From Bacteroidales bacterium (lineage in GTDB: Bacteria > Bacteroidota > Bacteroidia > Bacteroidales > UBA4181), in contig JAVBSH010000055.1 in NCBI GenBank assembly GCA_031547085.1, forward strand, positions 3,249 to 67,248: a stretch of 64,000 bases of DNA. The letters run 5' to 3'. The notes under the pieces are model-generated. The model had not been told where the DNA came from. It worked only from the letters and a program-made list of their open reading frames with translations, and ran no database searches. The first letter of the stretch is position 1, and each line of letters starts with the position of its first letter. Positions 46,401-56,982 of this stretch are shown here, in pieces. Position numbers and translations under genes: made by a program.

Positions 46401-48569
46401 TCACCATTTATTGAATTCACCATCCAGAAACTTGTAACGGTCTTGTAAATAAGTTTTCAATTCGGCGATTCCGGCTTCGTATGATTCCGGCGGGCGGTTG
46501 GCATGCTGCAACGCTTGGTGGGTTATATTCCACCGTTTGAAATTCGCTTTTTGTGATGCATCAAGTTGTACCGCTAATCCATCCACATAATTGACCAACG
46601 CGGATAATGCTACTTTTTTGGCATTCCAGCGTGTTTTAACTGCTGCTTTGAAGGTTTCGTCCTGCATGAAACGGGCGATCCATGCTTTCGGGTCGTGTCC
46701 GACATCAGCCATTAAACGGGTGGGAGCATTACCGATTCGGTTATCGTTATTAAATGCGATATCGAAATCCCATATCGGGCCAATCAGAAACTGATCGACA
46801 TCCCGCTCCTTGGACATGTAGGTGCTCCACCATGCATCGGAATTACCGGTAAACTCACTGATGATGTAATAATCTACCCAAGAAACCTGGTCGATATATT
46901 TCCGCCAACCATTGGCCGCTTCTTTGAATGTAATTGAAAAAAGAGCATTCTCCGTGTCCCAAAAATGATTTTTGATCCAATCGGCCTGCTCCTGCGCATA
47001 ATCGTCATCTTTCGGATATTTGATGGTCACCGGCATATTTTTGGGAGAATAGAAGTGCAAAGGTTCGGATGCTGCAAATCCATCCAACTCAAGTAAATAT
47101 CCCCCGCTGATTTCCGCAACAACACTTTTTTTATTCAACGATTGTACATTCACCCTGCCTTTAGCCACTTCCACCTGGTCGGTCAGGTGATAATTGCCGT
47201 CATAAGTCCCGTTGAGGTATACATCGACAAATTGTGTACACGGTGTGAAACGAGGAGTAGCGGCATCTGCACTTAATATACGGCTCATTTCGAAAGCTAC
47301 CGCATTGCGGATAAGCGTTTTGTCGCAATCGTTGGCCAATAATACCCAACTTTTTTCTTTAGCATGGTTTAACCCGAGCGGACTGTATTTTTCAGGAAAT
47401 TTGATACGGTAAGGTTTTTTGGGTAAACCCATGGTGGAATTTCCCCGAAGACGGATCTCAATCTTTTCTTTGCTAAAATCCCATAAACCTTCGGTGATCC
47501 CGTTTCCAAGAATTTCGAGTTTGGCTTTTACATAATCTTCTTTGCTGGTTATAGGTGCATCCGCTTCGAGCCGTAATACCGGCAAAGTTGCGTTAATTTG
47601 CGGACAAATAAGGTTGACAGAATATGTTCTCGGCTCATTTTTGCCATACGTTGTGGTGAATTGAACCGATTGTTTGAAATCGACAACAATTTCTTTACTT
47701 TGTAGGTCAGCCCCTCCTGATGTAACCGACACTCCATCTGTTTCAAAACTGACAACCAACCTTGAGGGGTTTTCCGCTTCGATCCACTTAAGATAACTTG
47801 CCTCGATGACCAGGTTTTGATGGTCGATGGCAAATACAATGTCCTCGCTTAATGCAGGATTCAAACTCTTCTTTATCTCAAATTTTGTGAAACTATGGTC
47901 TGCCTTGGCAACTGCCTTATAAGTTTTTTTAACGCCGTCAATTCCTTCAATGGCATACTCGACCGTCGAATTGAAATTATTGGAAGAAATCCCGCTGTTT
48001 TGCTTAATCCCGTTTACAGTAACGGATGTGGCCATAGTGATATACGTTGCTACTAAAGCCGACACATTTGTGTTCACTGGGAATTCGGCAATGACACTAT
48101 CATTACGGATAATAGCGCTAACATCTGCCGGCAAGTGGAGGTTGAGGCTTTTTTTGAATTCGAATTTGGAAAAAGTGTTGTCGTTTATTTTAACATTCAC
48201 GATGTATCTCCGTGTTGAATTATCTTCCGCCTGCACTACATATAGAAGGGTCGAACTGAAATCATTGGCGGTAACACCGCTTGTTTGTGATTTCCCGTTC
48301 ACCGATACCTGAACGCCGGCATACGAAAAGGTAGCAATAAGCGATTTAATATCTACTCCATATGGTAGTATCGCGTTAATTCTGTCATCATCAATTTCAG
48401 CAACAACATCATTTGACAGTCCCGGATTTTTCGAAGCCTCGAATAGAAACTGGTCAATACTTTTTTCGGACGAATCTTTTTTACAACTGTCTACACAAAC
48501 AATTAATCCAATAATGGTAGTAAGTAGTAATATTTTTTTGATAAAGATAGATTTTGTATTCATAATCAA
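46401..48569 (-). CDS. CotH-kinase-family lipoprotein with three N-terminal beta-sandwich repeats
   Basis: 722 aa with lipobox VCVDSCKKD and three ~95-aa repeats (F.F....N..L..D....I......A..P......L...F......V.VNG..Q.SG...NDF). The C-terminal CotH-like region has RGNSTMGLPKKPYRIKF and LLANDCDKTLIRNAVAFE. Confidence 0.7.
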   Translation of the reverse strand: MIMNTKSIFIKKILLLTTIIGLIVCVDSCKKDSSEKSIDQFLFEASKNPGLSNDVVAEIDDDRINAILPYGVDIKSLIATFSYAGVQVSVNGKSQTSGVTANDFSSTLLYVVQAEDNSTRRYIVNVKINDNTFSKFEFKKSLNLHLPADVSAIIRNDSVIAEFPVNTNVSALVATYITMATSVTVNGIKQNSGISSNNFNSTVEYAIEGIDGVKKTYKAVAKADHSFTKFEIKKSLNPALSEDIVFAIDHQNLVIEASYLKWIEAENPSRLVVSFETDGVSVTSGGADLQSKEIVVDFKQSVQFTTTYGKNEPRTYSVNLICPQINATLPVLRLEADAPITSKEDYVKAKLEILGNGITEGLWDFSKEKIEIRLRGNSTMGLPKKPYRIKFPEKYSPLGLNHAKEKSWVLLANDCDKTLIRNAVAFEMSRILSADAATPRFTPCTQFVDVYLNGTYDGNYHLTDQVEVAKGRVNVQSLNKKSVVAEISGGYLLELDGFAASEPLHFYSPKNMPVTIKYPKDDDYAQEQADWIKNHFWDTENALFSITFKEAANGWRKYIDQVSWVDYYIISEFTGNSDAWWSTYMSKERDVDQFLIGPIWDFDIAFNNDNRIGNAPTRLMADVGHDPKAWIARFMQDETFKAAVKTRWNAKKVALSALVNYVDGLAVQLDASQKANFKRWNITHQALQHANRPPESYEAGIAELKTYLQDRYKFLDGEFNKW

Positions 48570-48587
48570 TATTTTAGGTTATAGTTT

Positions 48588-50411
48588 TCAATTGTTTTGT
48601 TTTATAATTGGTGTAATGAATTCATTTCCTATCCGAAGTACCTCTTTCCCGTCCTCTTTCTCGAAACGTACAGTACCGATATACATGTGCCGCGGATGGA
48701 TTGCATGATCGTTGTTATGGGCATGGAATACAATACGCAGATTACCGGCTTTATCGGTAAACATGGCGCTATGTCCTATTCCAACCAAATTACGGGGCCT
48801 TTGCAGGATCGGGTTCTGATCATATTTTACCCACGGTCCGGTAATTTTCGAAGCTGTGGCCATGCCAATCCCATAAAATTGACTTTCATAGCTATTAGCC
48901 GAATAGGTCATATAATAAGTGCCGTTGTGTTTGAAAACAAAACAACCCTCGTTTACCCGTGGCCAAACATTTTCCCATGGTTGCGAAACATGGATGCATT
49001 TGGTCAAAGTGTTGGTCTTGATTGTTTTCAGGTCTTTTTCAAGTTCAGCCATCCAAATATTCAACCCGTCGTTGAACCGGTCGAAGAAGAGATAGGATTT
49101 ACCATTATCATCGATAAATAATGAATTATCGATACATTTCTCATTTTCGAACATGGGTTTTTTCACCTCCTGGATGAAGGGGCCAAGCGGATGGTTGGCC
49201 GTAGCAACACAAATATGTTCGTTTGCCGAATAATACATGTAAAACTTGCCATTGACGAAATATACTTCAGGCGCCCAGAACCATTTGTCGCCCCAACTGT
49301 CGGCTTTGTTCAGGGCAAGTTTTTCTGCCGGGGTCCAGGTGATTAAATCCGAAGATGTATAAACCGCAATACCATCGGCAGCAAGCGTACCGTAGGCGTA
49401 ATAAATATTGTCGTGCACCATGATAAACGGATCCCCGAAAGGAATTTTAGCTTGTGCGGTTATCTGGTTACCCAGTTTTACCAAACCGTTTTTTTCTTCC
49501 CAATCGCGGAAAACAGGATGGCTTGGACCAGTGTTCGGTGCATGATATGATATTTTCTGTTTGCCGGATAAATCACGGAAAAGCATGGCGTGGCCACCAT
49601 TATCCCCATTGATACGTTTGGCGGATAGTTCCCATTTCCCGGTAAGGTTTCCATCCGGCGATGTCGCCAAGCCAATGGCATATCGCCCATCTTTGGTAAA
49701 ACTCGACCAAAGCATGACCAGTCCTCCATCAGTGGCATCGTAGATTACAGGTCCATCGGTGACATAGCCGGTTTTTCCATTTCCTGAAATTGATCCTGTC
49801 CACGCTGCTTGCGAAGCCGTAAAAAGGACTACTGGTTCACCTATGTTTTGTTTCAGGTTTTTCGACAACTTTTGGATGACTACTTGTCCATCACCGACCT
49901 CGAGCCATTCGCGGCAGTACAGCAACCATGGTTGCCCCTGTTTATCTATATACAAAGTGGCATCCAGACACATCTGTCCTTCGGGAGTTGCCGGCCTGTT
50001 CATCAAAGGTTCAAACGGCCCCTCAGGATGCTTCGATTCCAAGACTGAGGTCCCCCTGTTGCCTTTTTCATCGCTGAAAGTCACCAACAGGTAATATTTT
50101 CCATTATAGGTACATAAATCGGGCGCCCAAAAATCCTTTTTACCCCAGAAATCCTGCTTCGGGTTGAATGATGTCCCGACTTTCCGCCAATATTTCAAAT
50201 CTTTACTTTTGTATACTGTAATCGTAGGGTTGGTGTTGGCGTGCAGGTAATAACATTTATTGATTGTATCAGTGAAGATATATGGATCGCGAACAACAAG
50301 GCTGTCGACAGGGATATTATATTGTTCGCCTGTCTCCAAACGTTTTTGTGAGCTACAGGATAAACTGACCAATAATAAAAAGCAAAGAAATACCTTCATG
50401 ACTGTGTTCAT
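48588..50411 (-). CDS. Tandem GH43 glycoside hydrolase (two five-bladed propeller modules)
   Basis: 607 aa with lipobox LVSLSCSS. The first module has VRDPYIF and WAPDLCTYNGKYYLLVTFS. The second has FGDPFIMVHDNIYYAYGT and WAPEVYFVNGKFYMYYSAN. Confidence 0.8.
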   Translation of the reverse strand: MNTVMKVFLCFLLLVSLSCSSQKRLETGEQYNIPVDSLVVRDPYIFTDTINKCYYLHANTNPTITVYKSKDLKYWRKVGTSFNPKQDFWGKKDFWAPDLCTYNGKYYLLVTFSDEKGNRGTSVLESKHPEGPFEPLMNRPATPEGQMCLDATLYIDKQGQPWLLYCREWLEVGDGQVVIQKLSKNLKQNIGEPVVLFTASQAAWTGSISGNGKTGYVTDGPVIYDATDGGLVMLWSSFTKDGRYAIGLATSPDGNLTGKWELSAKRINGDNGGHAMLFRDLSGKQKISYHAPNTGPSHPVFRDWEEKNGLVKLGNQITAQAKIPFGDPFIMVHDNIYYAYGTLAADGIAVYTSSDLITWTPAEKLALNKADSWGDKWFWAPEVYFVNGKFYMYYSANEHICVATANHPLGPFIQEVKKPMFENEKCIDNSLFIDDNGKSYLFFDRFNDGLNIWMAELEKDLKTIKTNTLTKCIHVSQPWENVWPRVNEGCFVFKHNGTYYMTYSANSYESQFYGIGMATASKITGPWVKYDQNPILQRPRNLVGIGHSAMFTDKAGNLRIVFHAHNNDHAIHPRHMYIGTVRFEKEDGKEVLRIGNEFITPIIKQNN

Positions 50412-50435
50412 GAGATTATTTGATAAATAGATTGT

Positions 50436-52418
50436 TTACAACGATATTGCTATTTTTTGTCCTTTTTTGCCTATATTGGTTTTCACCAGTTTCCCATTGG
50501 CAAATATTTCGGTTTTGATGCCTTTTTTATCTTTTGAGACAAGAATATCGATTGACTTTCCACCAAATGCAATAATATTGCGAAGTTCCATCTTATCCCA
50601 AGTTTCCGGCAACTGGGGTGATATGGTGAATGAGTTTAATCCGGCAGGTCGGAACCCGAATAAACCTTCGGTAACTACCCTACAATAAAGTGCACTTTCG
50701 GCCGAGAGATGACGCTGATTTCCTTCGGGCCATGCTTCCACGGCATAAGGAACATGTTCGCCAAGCAAACGACGGTTGGAGTAATCGACGAAAAACGGTA
50801 GCGCTTTTGCTGTTGCTCCGGCCGCAAAAGCCCCGCGAAGTCCATACAATGTCGACCTATCCCAGAAAGTTTTATCGCCGGCCTGGGTTAGCAAACCATC
50901 CTTCGTCCACAACAATGGCGAGAACAATGCATCAATGGTTCCTCCTGCCCGTTCGAAGATACCAACGGTTAGGGGAACACAAATCCATGAACGGAGCACA
51001 TCGTTGCCGTCGTAGTAACGGTACGTTTCATACCCCTGTACCTTGGCGCCAAAAAACTTATTGATGTTCTGGTGCAGTTGCTTCGCTTGCCGGGCATATT
51101 CGTTGAGCTTACCAGCCGGAATACTGAGGGATTTTCCCAGGTCAACCGCCGAAACCAAAGCGTCATAATAGAGTGAAGCAGTGCAGAGGTTGGCTTTACC
51201 TGCCGGGAAACGGCCTTCGAGTTCATCACTGTCCGAAGCGGGCACTCCATCTTGGTTGATTTTACGCCTACAATACTCAAGACACCATTCTATCAACGGC
51301 CATATTTCCTTCGCCTTTTCCTTATCGCCCACGGCCAACGCAAAACGTGCAGCGCCATAAGCAATCATAGCCTGGTCGCCGCGGTCGCCTGCACCATTCC
51401 AGTAACTGTCACCTTCGGCGATGATGGAACTGGGGATGGGTTTATAATCGACATTCATATATTTGGCAAACCACTGCCATGAAACCATTGCGCTTTCGAT
51501 AGCAACATCATAACCGGTATACCCGAAGAAGGGATTGGCATACTCGGCCTGATCGTTCGCCCAGATAGCCGCATAATACCGCGATCCACCCGGTCCGTGC
51601 ACCAAACCACCTTTGGTTTCGTAAATACTTTCCATTGCCCGGATTTTCGAAAAGTCGAACATCCGGTTCAATACAGGATCAGGCGATGTAAAACGAATGT
51701 TGTTGAACATCAGGTCGATAAATTTTCCCCGCTTAGCCAATTCAGCGGTCGCATCAGGTGAAACTCCAGGTTCGGACAACTTACGCCCTGAATAGATTAC
51801 TGCAAATTTAGCCGACTGGTCTTTGCCCAGTTTGAAAATACCGGCATTTTGTGTCTTTGCCGAAATCTCATATATGCCATACACGCTTTTTTCAGGATGT
51901 GTGCGGGAGATTTGTTCAAAATCCTCCACGTCAACTGTTATTTCCTTTTCACCATCATTACGCACCGTAAATTGTTCGACCACTACAGCCAAATCGACCG
52001 AGGGAGCGAATTCGCGGGTGACGGTGACATTGTTGCCCGCATCCGATACCGAACGTAAAAATCCTTTCAGGTAAAACTGTTTGGCTGTTTCCTGGACTTT
52101 CCGTCCATTCACGGTTATTTCGGGACAAACATCCGTATCGAAACGATGCAGGAGGCTACCATGGGTGTCGTTGGGAATGGTACGCAACATTGGGAATACA
52201 AACAATTTGTTGCTTACTAGGCGACCTTTATCGTCGCTACCGTATGTCAGGATAACGGAAACCCGTTTTCCGCTCATCTCAATATGGTCGGTATGTACGC
52301 CGCTTACATTCCATGTGATGCCCCCGTCATCGGTCAATTGCCAACGGTTTTGGGCAAAAGATACGGTACATGGAAACAGAAAAAGGATAATGAATAATTT
52401 TGTGAAAAACTGGTTCAT
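50436..52418 (-). CDS. Secreted protein, probably an (alpha/alpha)6-type glycoside hydrolase of unassigned family
   Basis: The likely start is MNQFFTKLFIILFLFPCTVSFAQ. It has an N-terminal beta-rich part. The C-terminal half is helical, with aromatic/acidic motifs (IWANDQAEYANPFFGY, WPLIEWCLEY). The family cannot be named without a search. Confidence 0.4.
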   Translation of the reverse strand: MNQFFTKLFIILFLFPCTVSFAQNRWQLTDDGGITWNVSGVHTDHIEMSGKRVSVILTYGSDDKGRLVSNKLFVFPMLRTIPNDTHGSLLHRFDTDVCPEITVNGRKVQETAKQFYLKGFLRSVSDAGNNVTVTREFAPSVDLAVVVEQFTVRNDGEKEITVDVEDFEQISRTHPEKSVYGIYEISAKTQNAGIFKLGKDQSAKFAVIYSGRKLSEPGVSPDATAELAKRGKFIDLMFNNIRFTSPDPVLNRMFDFSKIRAMESIYETKGGLVHGPGGSRYYAAIWANDQAEYANPFFGYTGYDVAIESAMVSWQWFAKYMNVDYKPIPSSIIAEGDSYWNGAGDRGDQAMIAYGAARFALAVGDKEKAKEIWPLIEWCLEYCRRKINQDGVPASDSDELEGRFPAGKANLCTASLYYDALVSAVDLGKSLSIPAGKLNEYARQAKQLHQNINKFFGAKVQGYETYRYYDGNDVLRSWICVPLTVGIFERAGGTIDALFSPLLWTKDGLLTQAGDKTFWDRSTLYGLRGAFAAGATAKALPFFVDYSNRRLLGEHVPYAVEAWPEGNQRHLSAESALYCRVVTEGLFGFRPAGLNSFTISPQLPETWDKMELRNIIAFGGKSIDILVSKDKKGIKTEIFANGKLVKTNIGKKGQKIAISL

Positions 52419-52501
52419 GTTGATATTTATATTTTCTGCAAAAATAACAATTGGCAGGAAAAAACCTGCCAATTGCGTTTATTATTATTCCATTATCAAA
52501 A

Positions 52502-53644
52502 TTAAAAACCTCCGTATGGATATATTTCGGCTATACTTGTATTAGGCTCATTATTGCTGTCAGGTAGAACAAGCTTAAGGTAACGGCCTTTAGTGGTCTT
52601 GTCTGTCGGTTCGATTTCCATTTTATCTCCGGAAGAAAATGTTCCACTGCCAATTTTTGTCCAGATATCTGAAGCAACAGGGCTGTTACCCAAATAACAT
52701 TCCGCAGATTTGGAATCCGTATTACTTGCACGACGATATACATCCAATTTAACCACATTCTTAGGACCCTTCATATCAATAATAACCCAGTGCGGCAAGG
52801 GCGCATTTCCGCCTGACCACTGAGAATGCCAATAAGTACTAAGATTCCCATCAATAACGGTTGCCATACCGCCGCCATCACTTGCTGTTTCATCAGATAC
52901 TTCCAAAACTTCCCATGCCCTACGGTCGTAACGATATGAATCGACGTCTGGAAAAGTTGTTTGATAGGATGCCCAATCAGTGGCAAAGGTATCGACAGCT
53001 TCCGTTTCAGGAATATACAAGGAACGAACATCGAAAGAAGACCCAGGTTTAACATAAGGACAAATCACCGAATTTTTACTTGGAAGCCCTATTGCAACAT
53101 CGGTTGTTCCATCGGTTTTCTGATATCGAACTTCGGTACGAACCAAACCTGTACCTGCAGAAAACATAGAAACAATTCCGCTTGGCTTGTTGTCGTATTC
53201 CTCAATAGCCACGGTGTTGATTCTCCTATTGCTCAGCGCATTTCGGTAAAGTTCTCCGTAAGCTGTTCCGAAATTTGTCATAAACAATGATTTATGTCCA
53301 TAACTATCTGTGGTCTGGACTCTGAATGTATAAGATTTTTCCTCCAGATTCGGAATAATGGTTTGAAATGAATCAATACCGGCGGATGGGGTTACCGGAA
53401 TAATGAGTGAATCCATATCATCATTCCAATACAAGTCGACTGTACGCACATTGGGCGATTTGTATAACCAATATCTAAACATGACACGGTTCTGTCCGGC
53501 AATAAATATCATCGAATCAACCTTGGGTGCATAAATAATTTCACCATCTTTGACATAGTCTTTATGGATATCCATGAAATCTTCACAGGAAGATAAAATG
53601 AATAATATCAAGAGGGCCAATAACCCATTACATATTTGTTTCAT
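52502..53644 (-). CDS. PUL surface lipoprotein with a C-terminal discoidin (F5/8 type C)-like domain (DUF4998-like)
   Basis: 380 aa with lipobox ILSSCEDF. The C-terminal region reads VIDGNLSTYWHSQW...PHWVIIDM...RYLKLV, which is discoidin-like. Confidence 0.6.
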   Translation of the reverse strand: MKQICNGLLALLILFILSSCEDFMDIHKDYVKDGEIIYAPKVDSMIFIAGQNRVMFRYWLYKSPNVRTVDLYWNDDMDSLIIPVTPSAGIDSFQTIIPNLEEKSYTFRVQTTDSYGHKSLFMTNFGTAYGELYRNALSNRRINTVAIEEYDNKPSGIVSMFSAGTGLVRTEVRYQKTDGTTDVAIGLPSKNSVICPYVKPGSSFDVRSLYIPETEAVDTFATDWASYQTTFPDVDSYRYDRRAWEVLEVSDETASDGGGMATVIDGNLSTYWHSQWSGGNAPLPHWVIIDMKGPKNVVKLDVYRRASNTDSKSAECYLGNSPVASDIWTKIGSGTFSSGDKMEIEPTDKTTKGRYLKLVLPDSNNEPNTSIAEIYPYGGF

Positions 53645-53860
53645 CTTTTTATAATTTTATTTTTAAGGTCAGATGGAATGTCCATTGATAATCATTATAC
53701 TTGGCGCACATTATAGCAATTATGCTTATTGTGTACTACGCCTATTTCTCGTAAAACTCACGAATGCTTATACTTCAGATGCAGACATAGTATAGGATAT
53801 ATGAAATTGCTATAAGTACATGGACATTTCATGAATAACTTTTTTATTAATTAAAATTCA

Positions 53861-55030
53861 CTATTCAACCATTTCACCATAAAAATCGATTTCTGCCGGA
53901 TGGCTGAAAGAACTCGACTCCCAAGTGCTTTTTACCACAATTCTCACATAGCGGATCGGTTGCAGATTTAAGTCGAATTCAAACTCAAATCCTGCTTCGG
54001 CAGCTGCCAGGTCTTCGTCTGTTTGCGTGATACCCGGCGAACCGGAAGGTTTAACCTGTGTACATTCCATCAACTTAGTCCATTCGTCCCAGTTCCCGCT
54101 TGTCGATGGGGTGGTAAAGCATCCATACACATCAAATGTTTTTGGATTACCCCAACTATAGTAAGAATTATTGTAGTTTCGGTTAAATAATACTACGCGG
54201 CTTAATTTAACTTTTTTACCTAAATCAATGGTGAACGGAGCGGGTATAGATGAATTGGGGGAGTGGCCGAAGGTTGCTATATCATCATCGATAAGATAAC
54301 TATCCATTCCTTCCCAATTAGTAAAATTGGCATCATTACTTAATTTCATAACCGACATGCCCGATTTTGGGATTTTCTCCTCGAATAACGGGAGAATCGT
54401 CGAATATACCGTATCGGCTTCATTATTCCAATAATCGCGTACGACTGCTCCAAACCGGCGTTCTGCAGGCTCATAACCACGCAATGAGACCCTCATTGAA
54501 TCGGCTTCGGAAGTAATTATACGCATGGCCTGCAACGACCCAACCGAATCCTGTGCATAGAATTCAAAAGTCAAAGGCGCTTTATCCGTATTCTTCCATG
54601 TAAAACGGGCTCCTCCGAAATCACTGATGATCTTCATTGTTTTTGCAGTTTTGATAAATGAAGCCTCCAAAGGCGTAAATTTTACAATTACCGGATCCGA
54701 CATGACTTGTGCCCGGTTGATTGTATAAATTTTCGCTTCGTGTTCAGCCATATCATTAAAACCGGCAATGGTTAATGTATTTTCGTAAAATGATGCGGAA
54801 CTTTCGAATGTCCGTCCGCCCGACAGGGTGTATACAGCCTTTACAGATAGGATATCTTCGGAGTCGGGTATGCGGTAAGTGACGGTAACGCCTCCCGGGA
54901 TGGCTTCCTGATCAAGGATGGTAACCATTCCTGGTTTACCCAGGCTTCCGGAAACAGGTTCCAGCTTTTTTTCTTCGCATGCGCATACCATAAGGATGAT
55001 CACTGCTAAAAAATAATATATTGTTTTCAT
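53861..55030 (-). CDS. PUL surface lipoprotein with a discoidin-like C-terminus (DUF4959/DUF5000-like)
   Basis: The likely start is MKTIYYFLAVIILMVCACEEKK. It lies immediately downstream of the SusD gene. The C-terminal pattern LIDDDIATFGHS...FTIDLGK...VRIV is present. Confidence 0.55.
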   Translation of the reverse strand: MKTIYYFLAVIILMVCACEEKKLEPVSGSLGKPGMVTILDQEAIPGGVTVTYRIPDSEDILSVKAVYTLSGGRTFESSASFYENTLTIAGFNDMAEHEAKIYTINRAQVMSDPVIVKFTPLEASFIKTAKTMKIISDFGGARFTWKNTDKAPLTFEFYAQDSVGSLQAMRIITSEADSMRVSLRGYEPAERRFGAVVRDYWNNEADTVYSTILPLFEEKIPKSGMSVMKLSNDANFTNWEGMDSYLIDDDIATFGHSPNSSIPAPFTIDLGKKVKLSRVVLFNRNYNNSYYSWGNPKTFDVYGCFTTPSTSGNWDEWTKLMECTQVKPSGSPGITQTDEDLAAAEAGFEFEFDLNLQPIRYVRIVVKSTWESSSFSHPAEIDFYGEMVE

Positions 55031-55047
55031 TTTTCCATTTTTATAAA

Positions 55048-56964
55048 TTACCAACCAGGGTTTTGAACCAATAATGGGTTACGTGTAATATCGCTCTCGG
55101 GAATGGGTGCAAAATAATCGCGGTAAGTAAATTTTTGGGTATACAACGTGGTTACCGTGTAATAATCCTGCAAACTTGTCTTGGATACATCCCATCCCTG
55201 TATCGGCCGATTTTGTTCCTTAACAGCCGTTTTCCACCGGTGGCTGTCCCAGTAATACACTCCCTCGCAGGCAAATTCAACGGCACGTTCACGTTGTATT
55301 ATTTCACGCATTCCCTCCTTGGTCGAAGGTTTTGTTGAGTTCGTGGAATATTTATTCCAGCTATCTACAACTCCTTCCAGGCCGGCACGATTCCTGACCG
55401 CATCAATATATTGATATACTTCTGCATCGGGCGCCTCCTTGGTCTCATTTAAAGCTTCGGCGCAGAAAAGTAACAAATCGGCATAACGCATATCAGGGAA
55501 TGGGAAAGTTTCGTAAGTTACCGAGTTTGCATCGCGGAATGTTGAATTGATGGATACCAATTTTTTCGGCCAATAACCGGTTGCATTGTAATCGCCGGGA
55601 TTGAATACCGATGAATATTCACCGAAACGGTTCTTGGGAAACAAACATTGCGAATCGTCATCCGGTTCATTTTTATAGGAATTTCCGTACCATTTCCCAC
55701 GGTCAAATCCTAAGGTGGAATAAAAACGAGGTTCACGGTCGAAATTCATTGCGGCGGTCTGTTCATCCTGTTGGATATAGTACCTATGGGCGGCATCGCC
55801 CATGCGGACATTGAAACGCTCGGTATAAGCATAGTCCTTATCCTCTTCGATAGGAACCCCATTCTTTGAATAAAACTTGTCCACAGTATGTAGAGGTACG
55901 CTCATCGTACCGCTTGTAGACGAAGAAGTGCCTTGCTCCAAACGGGGAAAGCACGGACTTTGTAAACCGGAGTTAACCGGGTATGATGAATTTCCCCACA
56001 CCAGTTCGCAATTCCACCGAAGACTGACAGCACTCCGGAGGGTATTCACGATCTTTGTGGAATCGGACATGGGTTTTGCCGTGATATAATCGCTCATTTG
56101 GAACAGGCGGATACCGGAGGCTTCGCATACGGCAATCGCTTCTTTACATGCATCTGCGGCCAATTGCCAACGTGAGGGATCATATGTCTGATTAAAGAAA
56201 GGTTCTCCATCTTGGTTACGGAAGCTATTATAATCGGTATTCCCGTTGAAAAGAGGGCTGGCCCAATATGTTAAGGCTTTAGCTTTCAACATATAGGCTG
56301 CTGCCTGGGTAAACCGACCGAGTTCGGTGGTCCGGTTATCAATGATTGTCGGGAGCGCTTCACTTCCAATAACATCATCGAGCAATTCAAATACATAAGC
56401 AAAACAATCGTCAATCTTTTCACGGTACACACGTACTCCACGAGTCGATTCATCCACCGGCAGATTTTCTTTCAGCGGACATATCGGGCCATAATAAGTG
56501 ATCAGATAAAAATGCATGTAAGCTTTGATTAGTTTTACTTCGGCAATCCAGCGCCTCTTCTCGTAAGCATTCAGGTCCTGTACTTTTTCGATATTCTCGA
56601 GAAAAGTATTGCATTCGTGAATACCCCCGTAAAGCGTCCGGATCATGGTGCCGGTTCCTCCCCAATAATTGATGTAAACCTGGGTTGGACTATCTTTCCC
56701 CAAACCGAATTGAAACCCGCCTGTTGTGGAACGTTCTTTGTTGAACACCATTTCCAATGCTCCGAATATAGCCGGATTTTCGTTCCAACCGGCTGATTTG
56801 GGCATGCCCCAGTAACAGGTTGCCAGGTAAAGCTCTGCCGTGTAGCGATCAGAAAAAGCATGATCAATGGTAGCGATGTTATCGGGTACCACATCCAGGT
56901 AATCACAGGCTACACTGGTAAACGCCACGATAATGATAAATATATATTTCTTCAATGATTTCAT
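55048..56964 (-). CDS. SusD/RagB-family nutrient-binding lipoprotein
   Basis: 638 aa with lipobox FTSVACDY and TPR-like helices. The conserved C-terminal W...F.PIP......NP.L.QNPGW is present. Confidence 0.9.
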   Translation of the reverse strand: MKSLKKYIFIIIVAFTSVACDYLDVVPDNIATIDHAFSDRYTAELYLATCYWGMPKSAGWNENPAIFGALEMVFNKERSTTGGFQFGLGKDSPTQVYINYWGGTGTMIRTLYGGIHECNTFLENIEKVQDLNAYEKRRWIAEVKLIKAYMHFYLITYYGPICPLKENLPVDESTRGVRVYREKIDDCFAYVFELLDDVIGSEALPTIIDNRTTELGRFTQAAAYMLKAKALTYWASPLFNGNTDYNSFRNQDGEPFFNQTYDPSRWQLAADACKEAIAVCEASGIRLFQMSDYITAKPMSDSTKIVNTLRSAVSLRWNCELVWGNSSYPVNSGLQSPCFPRLEQGTSSSTSGTMSVPLHTVDKFYSKNGVPIEEDKDYAYTERFNVRMGDAAHRYYIQQDEQTAAMNFDREPRFYSTLGFDRGKWYGNSYKNEPDDDSQCLFPKNRFGEYSSVFNPGDYNATGYWPKKLVSINSTFRDANSVTYETFPFPDMRYADLLLFCAEALNETKEAPDAEVYQYIDAVRNRAGLEGVVDSWNKYSTNSTKPSTKEGMREIIQRERAVEFACEGVYYWDSHRWKTAVKEQNRPIQGWDVSKTSLQDYYTVTTLYTQKFTYRDYFAPIPESDITRNPLLVQNPGW

Positions 56965-56982
56965 TTTTCATTTATTTGATGG

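Noticed and set aside
46385-46408. Hairpin AATGGTGAC-ACGATG-GTCACCATT, considered as the hisF terminator.
   Set aside because: The stem overlaps the last codons and stop of the convergent CotH-like gene, and the T-run is weak. It is possibly functional, but I did not list it as a feature.
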